From positions 168,101 to 232,100 of the forward strand of contig JAGBEG010000012.1 in NCBI GenBank assembly GCA_017937095.1: a DNA stretch of 64,000 bases. The letters run 5' to 3'. The translations under genes and the position numbers were made by a program. This DNA is from Roseburia sp. (GTDB taxonomy: Bacteria > Bacillota > Clostridia > Lachnospirales > Lachnospiraceae). Under the pieces are notes generated by a model, which saw nothing but the letters and a program-made list of their open reading frames with translations, made no database searches and was not told the DNA's origin. This document shows, one piece after another, positions 45,803 to 56,242 of the stretch; position 1 is the first letter of the stretch; every line of letters starts with the position of its first letter.

Positions 45803-46425
45803 GTTCTTTCCTCCTCTAAAATTCGAAATTCTTCCCAGCTATAACGCTGTGCTTCTTCCCATGTGTAATTTAGTGCTTCCTGCCATGTCGTAAAGCGGTA
45901 TTCAAACTCATATGCCAGATGCGCGGGCTTGATGGTTTCAAGCATCGTGACAAACCCCTGCATATTCTGCGGGATTCCTTTCTTCCCGACAAACCGCACC
46001 GTAAACCTGTAATGAGGGGTGTCCTCGATTACCTCGACCTCGATTCCGGAAAACGCTTCCGCCGTATTCTTTATCATTTCCACCGTCGTTGTTCCCTGTC
46101 CCCGGAGTTTCGCAAAAAGTAATTCCCGCCGCTGTTCATAGGTCAGCAGGAGATTGGTGTCTACTTTTAGAAATTTCTCCCATCTCGCCAACCCCCAGGT
46201 CGCCGATGTGAGAAAGCACTGGTCTGTCACGTCTTCCAATGCGTGTTCGAGATATCCGACCTCATAGCCCTGTGTATCGTACAGGGCGTGCATTTCCTTT
46301 TTTTCGGAGATGAATACCGGAACGAGCGGAAACAGATTCACATAGTACTCTTCCCGCTCCCCGTCTGACGTTTCCGCCGCATAGCGTTTCGTTCCGTACG
46401 GATTCTGTCCATACATTTCTATCAC
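45793..46425 (-). CDS. xkdU: YmfQ/DUF2313 (XkdU-like) baseplate protein
   Basis: TWGLARWEK...RRE...KLRG.GTTT...KPAHL. Confidence 0.8.
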   Translation of the reverse strand: MIEMYGQNPYGTKRYAAETSDGEREEYYVNLFPLVPVFISEKKEMHALYDTQGYEVGYLEHALEDVTDQCFLTSATWGLARWEKFLKVDTNLLLTYEQRRELLFAKLRGQGTTTVEMIKNTAEAFSGIEVEVIEDTPHYRFTVRFVGKKGIPQNMQGFVTMLETIKPAHLAYEFEYRFTTWQEALNYTWEEAQRYSWEEFRILEEERTCY

Positions 46426-47549
46426 CTCCCCATCAGTTCATCCCACGTCGGAGCTTTTCTCACGAAGTCGCCGCCCGCAGACGGCGGTTCCTTCCATGTA
46501 CCGTCTGCACAGAGATATTTTTCCTGCATCCCCGCAGCGGGAGCCGGGACAAGCCCATCCTCTCCTGCGCTTTCTGCGGTCGCACCGGAAAATGGCGCAT
46601 AGGTCGTGTCAGTAAATACCGCATCCGAAGGAACGTCTGCCTCAACCGTGTGCGCATTTACGGTATCTGCATTTCCGCCGTCTGCCGGAAGCGCAGACGG
46701 CTTATTTCGGATAAAGGCGTCCGATGCCGTGTCAGTCACATTCCAGTCCGGCTGCACGTTGACCTCCGCCCCCTGTGCAATGCCAGAGAGCTTATCGAGC
46801 TGCGCCTGTGTGATACCATCAAGCACCGCTTTATTGTCGTGTACATGCTTTTTTAGGTTCGCCTCATCGTATGCCGCTTTGTCCTCGTGACTTAGAAGAC
46901 CGTCAACCTCCTGCGTTGCCTTCGGGATCGCGTTCGCAGAGATCGCTACCCATTCGCTCCCATTCCAGCGGTAAGTATAATCCGTATCCCTGACATTCAC
47001 AGTCCAGCCATCTTCCGGCGCCGGGTATGCCGCCGCAAGATCCTCATAAGTTCCTACCGCTTCTTTCCAGTCAATCGCTGTTTCAAAAGCAGAGAACTTA
47101 TTATCGACCTCATTTCTTGTATACTTGTTATCCCAGTTCGGCTTATTTTCCTCAATAACCTTTTGCAGTTCTGTTTCTGCCGCCCGGGCGCGTTCTTCCT
47201 CGGCATTTAACGCCTCCTGTGTCGTCAAAATGGAGACCTGCACACGGTTGATATCATCCGCCTCGACCGTATCTCCCGGCGTCTCGTAGGTGATATACAC
47301 CGTCGGAACGTCCGCATAGATTCGAATGATGCGCTTCCACGGCGCATTGCTCGGTGTGGACAACGCATAGTTTGTAATCCGCTCTCCGGTAAGCTTGGAA
47401 CCCGTGCAGACCGCAAGCGTGCCCTCCGCTATGTTGTCATGCAAAAGTTCTGCCTCATACACGCCGTTCGTGACGGAGACCTTCTCCTCAATCACATAGA
47501 TCACGCCGTCAATTTTATTTAATTTCTCTGAAAATCTGCTTACTTCCAT
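46422..47549 (-). CDS. Tail fiber/baseplate-associated protein
   Basis: Start ATG 47549 overlapping the baseplate J stop; PAPEDGWTVNV and VNVQPDWN motifs seen in clostridial phage tail proteins. Confidence 0.6.
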   Translation of the reverse strand: MEVSRFSEKLNKIDGVIYVIEEKVSVTNGVYEAELLHDNIAEGTLAVCTGSKLTGERITNYALSTPSNAPWKRIIRIYADVPTVYITYETPGDTVEADDINRVQVSILTTQEALNAEEERARAAETELQKVIEENKPNWDNKYTRNEVDNKFSAFETAIDWKEAVGTYEDLAAAYPAPEDGWTVNVRDTDYTYRWNGSEWVAISANAIPKATQEVDGLLSHEDKAAYDEANLKKHVHDNKAVLDGITQAQLDKLSGIAQGAEVNVQPDWNVTDTASDAFIRNKPSALPADGGNADTVNAHTVEADVPSDAVFTDTTYAPFSGATAESAGEDGLVPAPAAGMQEKYLCADGTWKEPPSAGGDFVRKAPTWDELMGR

Positions 47550-48592
47550 CACATCACCTCCAGACGCACCGCTCCGCACACTGCGATTTCTTCCTGTGCC
47601 AGCGAAATATTTGCGGCTTCGCCGTTCAGCTTCATTTCCGCAAAATCCTCCACGCCCGCCACATCCATCAGCAGACTGCCCATCCGCGCAAGGCTGATAT
47701 ATTCTGCGTCAAATGCATTGCTCTGCAAATACGCATCGACCATTTCATGAAATGTATTCTGCGCAGTACCCAGGGTTGTTTCCCCTGTCAGTTTTACCTT
47801 CGCACTGACGTTGACCGTCAGCTCACGCGCGGAAACAACTGTGACCGCTGCTCCGATTGGCCGCATCTGCTCAATGTAATCTGCGACCTTTGCGATAAGC
47901 GTCTCATCTGCGGCAGTCTTGTTCTCACTCGCAACGACCACCTTGACCGTTCCCGGGCCGTCTGCAAGCGGAAAAATTTTTGCCGCTCCGCTTCCGGTAC
48001 AGGCTAACGCCCAGTTGTAATAATCGCTCACGTTACCGCTCGTTGAAGGTCTCTGCACCTTCGCAAATAAACGCTCACGCAATGCTTCGTCGGATTCCTC
48101 ATCCACGCCTGCCGACAAAATACCAACAAGCTCCGCCGTGCCAAGCCCGCTTATGTACTCGACCGGGAGCAGCGTGCCGATATACTCATTTCCGGTTTTT
48201 CCCGGCGTCTCACACTCCATTTCATAGATGTATGTTTCCCCATCCTTGCGCCGCAGCTCCCCCGCCGCAAAAAATAGCGCCTCTTCCCCGCTCGTGGAAA
48301 AGCGGCTGCCTTCCGGCAGTTCCTTATCAAATCTTCCCTCGCGGATTGCTTTCGTGGCAGCCTTGCGCTCTAATCCAAATTCCTTCACCAGCCTGCTTAA
48401 ATACTCCCCCGCAGACGTGTCCGGCATCACAAGCTCCGGGAAATTGCCGAGCTTAAAATACGCCATTGCAAGGTTGTAGGCGACTGCTGCGGTCGCGTCA
48501 TAGATGATGCTGCCCTCCCGTTTATCCAGATTTTCCGGCAAACGTTGAAACATTGCATCCATAATGTTTTCATACGTCATTTCTTCATACAT
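47549..48592 (-). CDS. xkdT: Baseplate J/gp47 family protein
   Basis: DKREGSIIYDA, GVDEESDEALRER, GPGTVKV. Confidence 0.9.
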   Translation of the reverse strand: MYEEMTYENIMDAMFQRLPENLDKREGSIIYDATAAVAYNLAMAYFKLGNFPELVMPDTSAGEYLSRLVKEFGLERKAATKAIREGRFDKELPEGSRFSTSGEEALFFAAGELRRKDGETYIYEMECETPGKTGNEYIGTLLPVEYISGLGTAELVGILSAGVDEESDEALRERLFAKVQRPSTSGNVSDYYNWALACTGSGAAKIFPLADGPGTVKVVVASENKTAADETLIAKVADYIEQMRPIGAAVTVVSARELTVNVSAKVKLTGETTLGTAQNTFHEMVDAYLQSNAFDAEYISLARMGSLLMDVAGVEDFAEMKLNGEAANISLAQEEIAVCGAVRLEVM

Positions 48593-48986
48593 TAATGTCC
48601 CACCTCATTTCTTCTGTCGTGCCGCCATAAATCGTGCGCACGAAAAAAGTGACAAGGATTTGCTTTCCCGTCACTTCAAATTCAAATGCTTCCACCGTCT
48701 TGATGCGGTCATCCTGTTTTAACGCCTCTGTAATACGCCGTTTCAATTCCGACATCACATAGTCCGTCGGCTTTCCGTAAAGATCCATCAGGTCAATCCC
48801 GTAATTCCACGAGTAGACCGGATATCTGTAGCGTTCCGTGTTTAAGATACAGAAAATAGTCTGCCGAAGTTCCTCAAGCTCCTCACAGGTTCCGGTTATA
48901 TGCTCTCCTCCCGTTTCCATGCGGAAATCCTTCGACGGAATCGTCAGAATATCCACTTCTTTTAATTGATTTCTGACCGGTATCAT
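48585..48986 (-). CDS. xkdS: DUF2634 (XkdS-like) baseplate wedge protein
   Basis: ILNTERYRYPVYSWNYG...RRITEAL.QDDRI. Confidence 0.85.
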   Translation of the reverse strand: MIPVRNQLKEVDILTIPSKDFRMETGGEHITGTCEELEELRQTIFCILNTERYRYPVYSWNYGIDLMDLYGKPTDYVMSELKRRITEALKQDDRIKTVEAFEFEVTGKQILVTFFVRTIYGGTTEEMRWDINV

Positions 48987-48989
48987 GTT

Positions 48990-49364
48990 CTACACCACCT
49001 TTCCCACCAGTAAAAATTTCTGCCCGCCGTGCTGCCTGATCAGTTGCACGTGATCGCCCTTTTGTAAGGGGCTGTGCACTTTTACGGTAAGTTCACCGCC
49101 ATATTCATGCAGGTGCGCAGGTTCGCCAGCCTCCTTGGTGTCCGCAGGTTCTACTGTCACCTTGATTTCATGCTCCGTCAGATGCTCGGGCACGACCAGC
49201 ATATCGCCGCTTATCGTAAAGCGCTGCTCCACCTGTACCTTTAGCGGCTTTGCCGAAAGGATTGTCCCCGACATCACATCCGCCGGATAGGACGCCTCAC
49301 TCGCGCCGACGGACATCTGCTGCATTGCTCTCACCAGATCATTTGTGTCATACACGAAAATCAC
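48990..49364 (-). CDS. DUF2577 (XkdR-like) spike-related protein
   Basis: GTILSAKPLKVQV...LQKGDHVQLIRQHGGQKF. Confidence 0.8.
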   Translation of the reverse strand: MIFVYDTNDLVRAMQQMSVGASEASYPADVMSGTILSAKPLKVQVEQRFTISGDMLVVPEHLTEHEIKVTVEPADTKEAGEPAHLHEYGGELTVKVHSPLQKGDHVQLIRQHGGQKFLLVGKVV

Positions 49365-50304
49365 CTCCCGACACCGTTAAATCCATTGTGTGTTCACTTT
49401 CGCCGTATTTGTGGACACATTTTTCCACAAGCATAAGATTTTGTATCTTTGTGCCGCCAAGATCAAGCTGTACCACAACCAGCGAGCCGCCGCGCACTCT
49501 CGAATCCCCACAGGCATCCCTGATCGTGAGCGACTTCGTTTCCTTGTTGTAAAGCGAAAGCAATGCCGCCGCTTTTGCCTCTCCGTTCTCACCCTCCTGC
49601 AGCTTATCAAAATACTGCAAAAGTCCCCAGCGGTTGATGTTGCCTGAATCTCTCGCCATGTATATCTCTCTTTCTCCCTGCTCCTCGTTGTCGTATACGA
49701 GTTTGACACAGTTGTAGGTGTCAGAATCTATCGTCGTCTCGTAATCAAAGTTCTGTCCTGTCTCCGCGTCTATGACAATCGGCACATACATATCGCCGAG
49801 AAAGGACAGGTTCAATTTTCCAAACGCATCGTACAGCAGATACAAATCTCCGGTATTCTGCAGTGTGAAATTCAGCGCATTTGCAATCATATCAAGCAGC
49901 GATACGTTATCCTCCACTCTGGAAGCAATTTTCCATCCGGTTTCTGCGATCGTGCCGAGATTAAAGCCGTATTTGCTTCCAATCAGCCGCACAAGTCCCG
50001 CCGCCGTCTTGTCTGTATAGACCAGCGTATCCTTATTTTTCAGGTATCTGATCTGGTCATACGCGGTCACTGTCACAATACTGCTGCGGTCACGCTTGAT
50101 GCGGAAAATGAATCCGTAAAACACCTCTGCACCGCTGCTGTCCTTAAACCGCACCGGATTTCCGTTTGCAATGTGGATGCCTGTGTCCACAAAGCTAAAT
50201 TCCAGAACTCCCGGGCTAATCTGCCGCTCGGTCGTGACTTTGACCGTCTCCTCGACCGGGGGCATGTATGCGGTATTCTCATTTTGAATTAGCAACTCGT
50301 ACAT
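49348..50304 (-). CDS. xkdQ: XkdQ/YqbQ-like baseplate hub
   Basis: TAYDQIRYLKNKD, RWGLLQY motifs. Confidence 0.85.
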   Translation of the reverse strand: MYELLIQNENTAYMPPVEETVKVTTERQISPGVLEFSFVDTGIHIANGNPVRFKDSSGAEVFYGFIFRIKRDRSSIVTVTAYDQIRYLKNKDTLVYTDKTAAGLVRLIGSKYGFNLGTIAETGWKIASRVEDNVSLLDMIANALNFTLQNTGDLYLLYDAFGKLNLSFLGDMYVPIVIDAETGQNFDYETTIDSDTYNCVKLVYDNEEQGEREIYMARDSGNINRWGLLQYFDKLQEGENGEAKAAALLSLYNKETKSLTIRDACGDSRVRGGSLVVVQLDLGGTKIQNLMLVEKCVHKYGESEHTMDLTVSGGDFRV

Positions 50305-50399
50305 GGCTTCCTCCTCTCAGTTTTTCTCATAATCCTCATCCTTTCTTCTTTAATTTTCTAAAACTATCTCCATCTACTTGTAAAATCGGCATAATAATA

Positions 50400-50422
50400 C
50401 CCGCCTACATAATGTAGGCGGG
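50400..50422 (-). terminator. Hairpin after the first inserted gene
   Basis: CCCGCCTACA-TAA-TGTAGGCGGG. Confidence 0.6.
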
Positions 50423-50430
50423 CAAATTTT

Positions 50431-51255
50431 CTACTGTATCATTTCTTGTCCATCAAATATAAATGACTGAATTGTGTTTGTGTCTGTATCAATTATAAAT
50501 TGAAAATTGCTTCTTATTTCTGCCCCAAAACTATTTTGTGCATCCACATACCCTTGAACAGTTACAATATTCTTTTCTTTAGCAAATCCCCACTCAAGAA
50601 TATTGGGGAATTGGGCTGTTGACGGAGATTTCAATACTTCTTTTACCTTATCTTCACATTTAATCATTAAATCGGATGCCTCGTCCGAAGTAAATGTGTA
50701 GTCCTGCAATGTAGCCATCGCAGCACCATTCTCATATAATGGATAGATATCATAACTCAAAGAATACACTGTGTTATCCGCGTTAATGTATAAAATGATA
50801 TTGTCTACATTATTATTAACAGCTAATCTATAACCAGTTTCTCCGTCAGAATGTGTATTGTCCAAAAGTTCATCATGCTCAAATGAAGATACTTTCGTAA
50901 TCCCACAATCATTAAGAACATTGTCAATTTTAGAACTCTCTTCACTGCTAATGTCCATGTACTTAGCAGCTATTGAGTCATCATATTTTTGTGGATTTTC
51001 TTCCATCTCTTTTATTCCCCTAGTCATAATAACACCAAACCCACCAAAGATTACTACCATTATAATAAACGTAATAAGACAGCCATGTCCTTTCTTACGT
51101 TTAGTTGGCACTTGGGGCTGTATGTTAGGTGTTGTCTGCGGCATTGGCGGTGGTGTAATTCCCGCTTTTAAATTTACTGGGCACCCACAATTAGGGCACA
51201 CCGTAGCCTTGTCACTTATTTCTTTTCCACATTCAGTACATTGGACTAATCCCAT
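50431..51255 (-). CDS. Zinc-ribbon, single-TM protein (moron-like insert)
   Basis: CTECG...CPNCG; TM helix; VDAQNSFGA motif; AT-rich; own promoter TCGACA-17-TATAAT (51314-51286). Confidence 0.75.
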   Translation of the reverse strand: MGLVQCTECGKEISDKATVCPNCGCPVNLKAGITPPPMPQTTPNIQPQVPTKRKKGHGCLITFIIMVVIFGGFGVIMTRGIKEMEENPQKYDDSIAAKYMDISSEESSKIDNVLNDCGITKVSSFEHDELLDNTHSDGETGYRLAVNNNVDNIILYINADNTVYSLSYDIYPLYENGAAMATLQDYTFTSDEASDLMIKCEDKVKEVLKSPSTAQFPNILEWGFAKEKNIVTVQGYVDAQNSFGAEIRSNFQFIIDTDTNTIQSFIFDGQEMIQ

Positions 51256-51321
51256 AACTTTTTTCCTCCTTAACGTTATAGGAGAATTATATAATACTTT
51301 CTTTCGAATGTCGACTATCTT

Positions 51322-51996
51322 TTATCCGGCAGGAATTGTCAAAACCTGTCCCGGATAAATCAGATTCGGATTGCCGCCGACCACCGATTTATTCGCATTA
51401 TAGATCGTATTCCAGTCTGTGCCTTTTCCGTAATACTGCTTTGCAATATTCCACAGGCAGTCGCCTTTTTTGACGGTGTAAGTACCGCCGGACGGTGCAT
51501 TTTGCGACACCTCCCTTGTCGTCTGCATTTCCGCCTGCGGTCTTGGCAGTGATATATCAATCGTACAGGTCTTTGTCGTAAATGCCCGGTACTGTTTCAG
51601 GCTGACTTTTACCGTGATATCAAATCCTTCGCCCGCGTCCTCCACAATTGAATAATCGTCCAGACACACTGTCATATTACTGTCGAACAGCTTCTTGTTC
51701 TGCGCATCCGTCCGTGTGACTACATATTGAAACGGCTGCTTTGCAAGCATCAGTTCCTGTAACTTATCCATATAGAACTTCGGTTCGCGAAATTCATCCG
51801 GGTATACCGCAAAGGAATACTCGGCATGGGGCAGCAGCAATTCAAATTCAATATCCGTAAGTCCGGGACTTTTTAAAATCGTTGCTTCCCCCTCGTCGAT
51901 CAGTGTGACCTTCTCATTGTTCCCGTTGACTTTTACAGTGATTTTCGATGGCGCAACGGGAAATAAAATTCCATCGAGATATAATCTGTATGACAT
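51322..51996 (-). CDS. xkdP: XkdP-like LysM domain tail protein
   Basis: YTVKKGDCLWNIAKQYYG...NPNLIYPGQVL. Confidence 0.88.
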   Translation of the reverse strand: MSYRLYLDGILFPVAPSKITVKVNGNNEKVTLIDEGEATILKSPGLTDIEFELLLPHAEYSFAVYPDEFREPKFYMDKLQELMLAKQPFQYVVTRTDAQNKKLFDSNMTVCLDDYSIVEDAGEGFDITVKVSLKQYRAFTTKTCTIDISLPRPQAEMQTTREVSQNAPSGGTYTVKKGDCLWNIAKQYYGKGTDWNTIYNANKSVVGGNPNLIYPGQVLTIPAG

Positions 51997-52045
51997 GTTT
52001 TCCTCCTTTTGTATTTTGTTTTTCCTTAAAAATGGGTATAAAAAT

Positions 52046-52068
52046 CCCGCTTACATAATGTAAGCGGG
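52046..52068 (-). terminator. Hairpin after the second inserted cassette
   Basis: CCCGCTTACA-TAA-TGTAAGCGGG followed by ATTTTT on the minus strand. Confidence 0.65.
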
Positions 52069-52074
52069 TTGGTT

Positions 52075-52836
52075 TTATATCCCTAACAACTGTTTCTTTT
52101 TTGCTTCAAACTCTTCCTTTGTGATTACACCATCATCGCACAGTTTTTTGTACTTTGCGATCTCATCAGCTCCGGAAGTTGTCCCATATCTGTTCTGTGC
52201 TTTTTTCTCTTCCGCGTCTGCCATCATAATCTTAAACTCAGATAAAATATTCTGCACATCCAATTTCAAAAAATTATAGGTCGTACTCCCTTCCTGCACT
52301 TTTCCGTTCGACAGCAGAAAAATGTACTCTTTGCGCATGTTTGGATTCTTCGTTGATATCATTATCATAAGTGAAGTTATCTCCTCCTTCACGCTCTTTT
52401 TCCCGACAGCGGCTCCTGCAATTGCTCCTGCTGCGCCAAATAATGCTCCGCCCGCCAATGCGCTTGCTGTTCCACCGCTTATGACACTGTTTCCATTTTG
52501 TATAACATCTACGCTGACAATATCATCATAAGACATCACAATCGGATCTTTAATGTCATTGGGCACTATCCATTGTCTTTTGTTCTCATCTATGTACAGA
52601 TATTTCTTTACCTTCCTTGTGGCTGAGAACTGCGCTAATAACTCCATATTTTTCTTGTGATTTTCCGTACACTGCAGCACTCTCGCCTTTGGTACATCTT
52701 TAAATTTCTCTCCGCCCGAAAGAAATCCTCCGCTATTGTTTATACAGTTCTGGCAAATCCATCCGTCAGCCAATTTCTCCTTCACCTGAGTGCTCCCGCA
52801 TATACAGCACGGCTCTTTTTTCGCAAACAAACCCAT
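52075..52836 (-). CDS. Zinc-finger plus SHOCT domain protein (moron-like insert)
   Basis: CCICG...ICQNC; ADEIAKYKKLCDDGVITKEEFEAKKKQLL. Confidence 0.8.
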   Translation of the reverse strand: MGLFAKKEPCCICGSTQVKEKLADGWICQNCINNSGGFLSGGEKFKDVPKARVLQCTENHKKNMELLAQFSATRKVKKYLYIDENKRQWIVPNDIKDPIVMSYDDIVSVDVIQNGNSVISGGTASALAGGALFGAAGAIAGAAVGKKSVKEEITSLMIMISTKNPNMRKEYIFLLSNGKVQEGSTTYNFLKLDVQNILSEFKIMMADAEEKKAQNRYGTTSGADEIAKYKKLCDDGVITKEEFEAKKKQLLGI

Positions 52837-52900
52837 TGCTTATTTCTTCTTGAAGTTACTATAACGCATTATGTCACACGCCCTGCCATCAGCGCCCCAT

Positions 52901-53251
52901 TTAAAAACACATTGCTACAATGCCTTTATATGTTGCATCATCCACTTCTATTAACGACTTTTTACCATCCTTGAACTGGATTGCAATCTGATAAATCCCC
53001 TTATCCTTTGCAGATAAACCACCTGCCACCATGCCGACCGGTCCAAGCAACGCACCTCCTACCAAACCTCTGGCGACCCCAGATGCCGCACTCTTGCGAT
53101 GTTCATCTGTAATTACCTCGTAAGATTCAACTGTCGTGCTATCTAAATACAATGGACGAAAAACCTTCACTACGATTGCCGGTTTTGCTCCGCTCATCAC
53201 TGCTTTTCCCTGATAGTCTCCTGCAATAACCATGTTTTTTGCTTTTGCCAT
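52901..53251 (-). CDS. Hypothetical protein (moron-like insert)
   Basis: RGLVGGALLGPVG glycine-rich helix; own promoter CTGACA-17-TATAAT (53313-53285). Confidence 0.7.
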   Translation of the reverse strand: MAKAKNMVIAGDYQGKAVMSGAKPAIVVKVFRPLYLDSTTVESYEVITDEHRKSAASGVARGLVGGALLGPVGMVAGGLSAKDKGIYQIAIQFKDGKKSLIEVDDATYKGIVAMCF

Positions 53252-53325
53252 AATAAGTATTCCTCCTTAATATTTGTAAAACTTATTATACAACATTCTA
53301 CTCCAAATGTCAGCAGTTTTATTTG

Positions 53326-55464
53326 TTATACACCTTCCTTGACAACTTCCATGGATTCAATCACCCGCATGGTCAAACCATCTACGATGCCGTCCAAGTC
53401 ATTCGTGTTGTTTACCATATTCTGCATACCGGACATATCCACCTTGATTTCGGCTGTTGTAAAACGATTGATGGCTTCCTGTTCCGCGAGGTCAAGCAAA
53501 TACTTAAGATTCTCCTGTGAGATATCCAGAGAGTCCGATATATTTGCGGTATCACCCGCTATTCCTGCGATATTATCTGCTACATCCGGGGATGCTCCAT
53601 AGCCGCCATTATCTGTTCCCAAAAATCCGGTTGCATTATTTGCTAAATTCTGAATGCCACCAAATGCATCTTCTCCACCAAAGAAATTAGATATGGAATC
53701 TTCCACACCCTGCCCCCAGTCATAACCAGAATTGTAGGCGTTTGAAACCCATCCATCCTCAAAAGTATCAAATGTTGAGCTGCCTTTATCAAACTCCTCT
53801 CCTATATCCTTGTACTCCATTTTATTACCGGCAGCTTCTGCCGATTTTGCAGCATAATCATCTGCCATTGACGTAATTCCCGAATAATCAATCTCAACAA
53901 ACGGTAATTTGTTCAATGCCACGCATATCTTCTCTACGACTTCAAGCGCTGTAGCCAGCATATCATACCACCACGCAATCACTGAAAATATTGCGTTATG
54001 GAATGCCGCCTGGATATTATATCCTACCGCCTTTACCGCACTGATAATTCCAAGAACAATATTGGCTATGGATAGCCCCAGATTCTTAAAAAACTGAATT
54101 ACAACATTAATGCATCCGCAAATAATCCCGGTCGCAGAGTATGTTGTGTTCTGTGTTTTATTGATCCATGCAACCACCACATATATAACTGCAATCAACG
54201 CGATAATTGCTAAGACAATTATTCCGACTGGATTCATAGACATAACTGTGTTGAATACTGTTTGTACAGTCGTCCATGCTTTCGTCGCCAGTTCTGCCGC
54301 TTTTGCGACTATTGTCGCCCCTTTCGTAATAAGCGTATACGCTGCAATCGCCGCCACAACTCCCCCAATAACCGGCGCAATCATCGACCAATTATCCACG
54401 ATCCATGCTCCGCCTGCTGCCAGCATATCCACTACTCCGAGCGCAATCGTCGCCACGCCGGACAACGCATTCATGACGCCCATGACACAGGTCTGAAGTT
54501 CTCCGCTATTTGCAAGCTCATTTATCCGCTGCAGCACAGGCTGAAACGCCACAAGCGCCCCATTCTGGAACATCGTCCACACCTGTCCCCAGGTCATAGG
54601 CATACTCTCGAACCGTGCATTAATCTCATCCTGCGCCGCAAACATTGCATTCTTCATGATGTCTGCGGTAATCTGTCCCTGCGATGCCAACTCACTGATT
54701 TCGCTTGTCGGAACGCCCATATAGTCCGCCAGTGTCTGCACGAGATTCGGCGCCTGTTTGAAGATACCGCTTAACTCGCTCCCGCTTAAGACGCCATCCC
54801 CCATCGCCTCAGACAACTGCGAAAATGCGGCGGACGATTCGTTCGCTGATAATCCCGCGATTGCGAACTGCTTGTTGGCAAGCTCCGCAAAACCGACCAT
54901 CTCCTCTGTGGAAGAGAACGCATTCTGCGCGCGATTGCCGAGTTCGGCTACAGCCTCCGCCGTGCCCAGATACGATGTTCTGGAGCTCTGCGCCGATTGA
55001 TAAATCATCCGGGACAAATCCGTTGTCGTCTGCATGGTACCGTTCATTTCATTATAACGGGCAACCATCGTATCAAGATGCGTCATCGTCTGTGTCAGTT
55101 CATCCGACATTCCAAGAACATCCTTTACCGTGGAAAGATTTGCGTATTTGCCCACAAGTGTCTTGACTTTGCCAGCCAGCTTCCCGGCAAGGGATGTGCC
55201 TTTCTCCATTTTGCCATTGTGCGCCTCCTGCTTTTCCGCTGCTTCATTGGTCGCGCTTGCAATCTGCTCAATCGGCACCAACTGCTCAGTCAGCTTTACC
55301 CGCGCTGCCTCAAAGACCGACGTATTAAATGCATTTCCTGACACGACCCGCAGCAGCTCCAGTTCCCTTGTCACGGTCTGGACTGCCGTACTGATCTGAT
55401 AAAGCGGCGCAGACGCATGATCTGTCAGCGCTATCGCTGTCTCCATACTTGACATAGTTCTCAC
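53326..55464 (-). CDS. Tape measure protein
   Basis: QSAQSSR, QLSEAMGDGVLSGSEL, SMPMTWGQ motifs; hydrophobic C-terminal repeats. Confidence 0.88.
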   Translation of the reverse strand: MRTMSSMETAIALTDHASAPLYQISTAVQTVTRELELLRVVSGNAFNTSVFEAARVKLTEQLVPIEQIASATNEAAEKQEAHNGKMEKGTSLAGKLAGKVKTLVGKYANLSTVKDVLGMSDELTQTMTHLDTMVARYNEMNGTMQTTTDLSRMIYQSAQSSRTSYLGTAEAVAELGNRAQNAFSSTEEMVGFAELANKQFAIAGLSANESSAAFSQLSEAMGDGVLSGSELSGIFKQAPNLVQTLADYMGVPTSEISELASQGQITADIMKNAMFAAQDEINARFESMPMTWGQVWTMFQNGALVAFQPVLQRINELANSGELQTCVMGVMNALSGVATIALGVVDMLAAGGAWIVDNWSMIAPVIGGVVAAIAAYTLITKGATIVAKAAELATKAWTTVQTVFNTVMSMNPVGIIVLAIIALIAVIYVVVAWINKTQNTTYSATGIICGCINVVIQFFKNLGLSIANIVLGIISAVKAVGYNIQAAFHNAIFSVIAWWYDMLATALEVVEKICVALNKLPFVEIDYSGITSMADDYAAKSAEAAGNKMEYKDIGEEFDKGSSTFDTFEDGWVSNAYNSGYDWGQGVEDSISNFFGGEDAFGGIQNLANNATGFLGTDNGGYGASPDVADNIAGIAGDTANISDSLDISQENLKYLLDLAEQEAINRFTTAEIKVDMSGMQNMVNNTNDLDGIVDGLTMRVIESMEVVKEGV

Positions 55465-55467
55465 CTC

Positions 55468-55650
55468 CTACCTTTTTGAAATTTTCTTCGCCCTGCGCTT
55501 CTCCTCCTCCACCCGGAGGTCGATTGACGCAATGACAAACGCTTTTTCGTTCGCATCCAGCCCCGCAAAAAATGACGGCAGCCAGTGAAACTTCTGTAAG
55601 CAATAATGCGCATACGCCGCCTCACTGTCGCCGCCATCGATTAGTTTTTT
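55468..55650 (-). CDS. -1 frameshift extension of the tail assembly chaperone
   Basis: Slippery A AAA AAC (55650-55644); -1 frame KKLIDGGDSEAAYAHYCLQKFHWLPS...KISKR to TAG 55468. Confidence 0.75.
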   Translation of the reverse strand, partial: KKLIDGGDSEAAYAHYCLQKFHWLPSFFAGLDANEKAFVIASIDLRVEEEKRRAKKISKR

Positions 55651-56099
55651 GCTTCGGCAATCTTCTCCGGCATCGTCTCATCCAGACCGCTGTACTGCTG
55701 CACAAAGGTCGCCAGCTCGCCAAATTCTTCGGGGTTGTCCACCATCTCGGCAATTAATGCCTCCGCGCTGAGGACTCCGTAGGAATCCTGCAGCTCCTTG
55801 CTGTTGAGGTCCGGCTCTACGACCGCTGCGCAGATCATCTTTGTCAGAAGCTTATGGCTGTCTACCTTCTGACGGTACATACCCGGTTTCCCGGTCACCT
55901 GCACCTCCGTCGTGCACTCCTCGCGGATTGCTTCGGACTCCTTTGTGGTGATAGCGCGGATCGTCCACAACAGCGGATTTCCCTTCTCATCACACAGCGA
56001 CCTCGTCACCGGAAACTGTACGGTTTTCTTCTCTTTCTTATTTGTCTTTAAAAATGCCTTCAAATTTCCCATTTTTTCCTCCATTCCAAGGCTATGCAA
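55641..56099 (-). CDS. xkdN: XkdN-like tail assembly chaperone
   Basis: AVVEPDLNSKELQDSYG...EAKN. Confidence 0.85.
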   Translation of the reverse strand: MHSLGMEEKMGNLKAFLKTNKKEKKTVQFPVTRSLCDEKGNPLLWTIRAITTKESEAIREECTTEVQVTGKPGMYRQKVDSHKLLTKMICAAVVEPDLNSKELQDSYGVLSAEALIAEMVDNPEEFGELATFVQQYSGLDETMPEKIAEAKN

Positions 56100-56242
56100 A
56101 TCCCCTTGTCAGCATAAACTACCATCAGAATTTATTCAGCCTTGCTCCATTTTCAATCACAATATTTATAAGCTTCTATCTGTCCTGCCTTCCGGTAATT
56201 CCACCGCAAACGGCAGGCGGCTCTTGCCGCCTTGCCCGCCGT

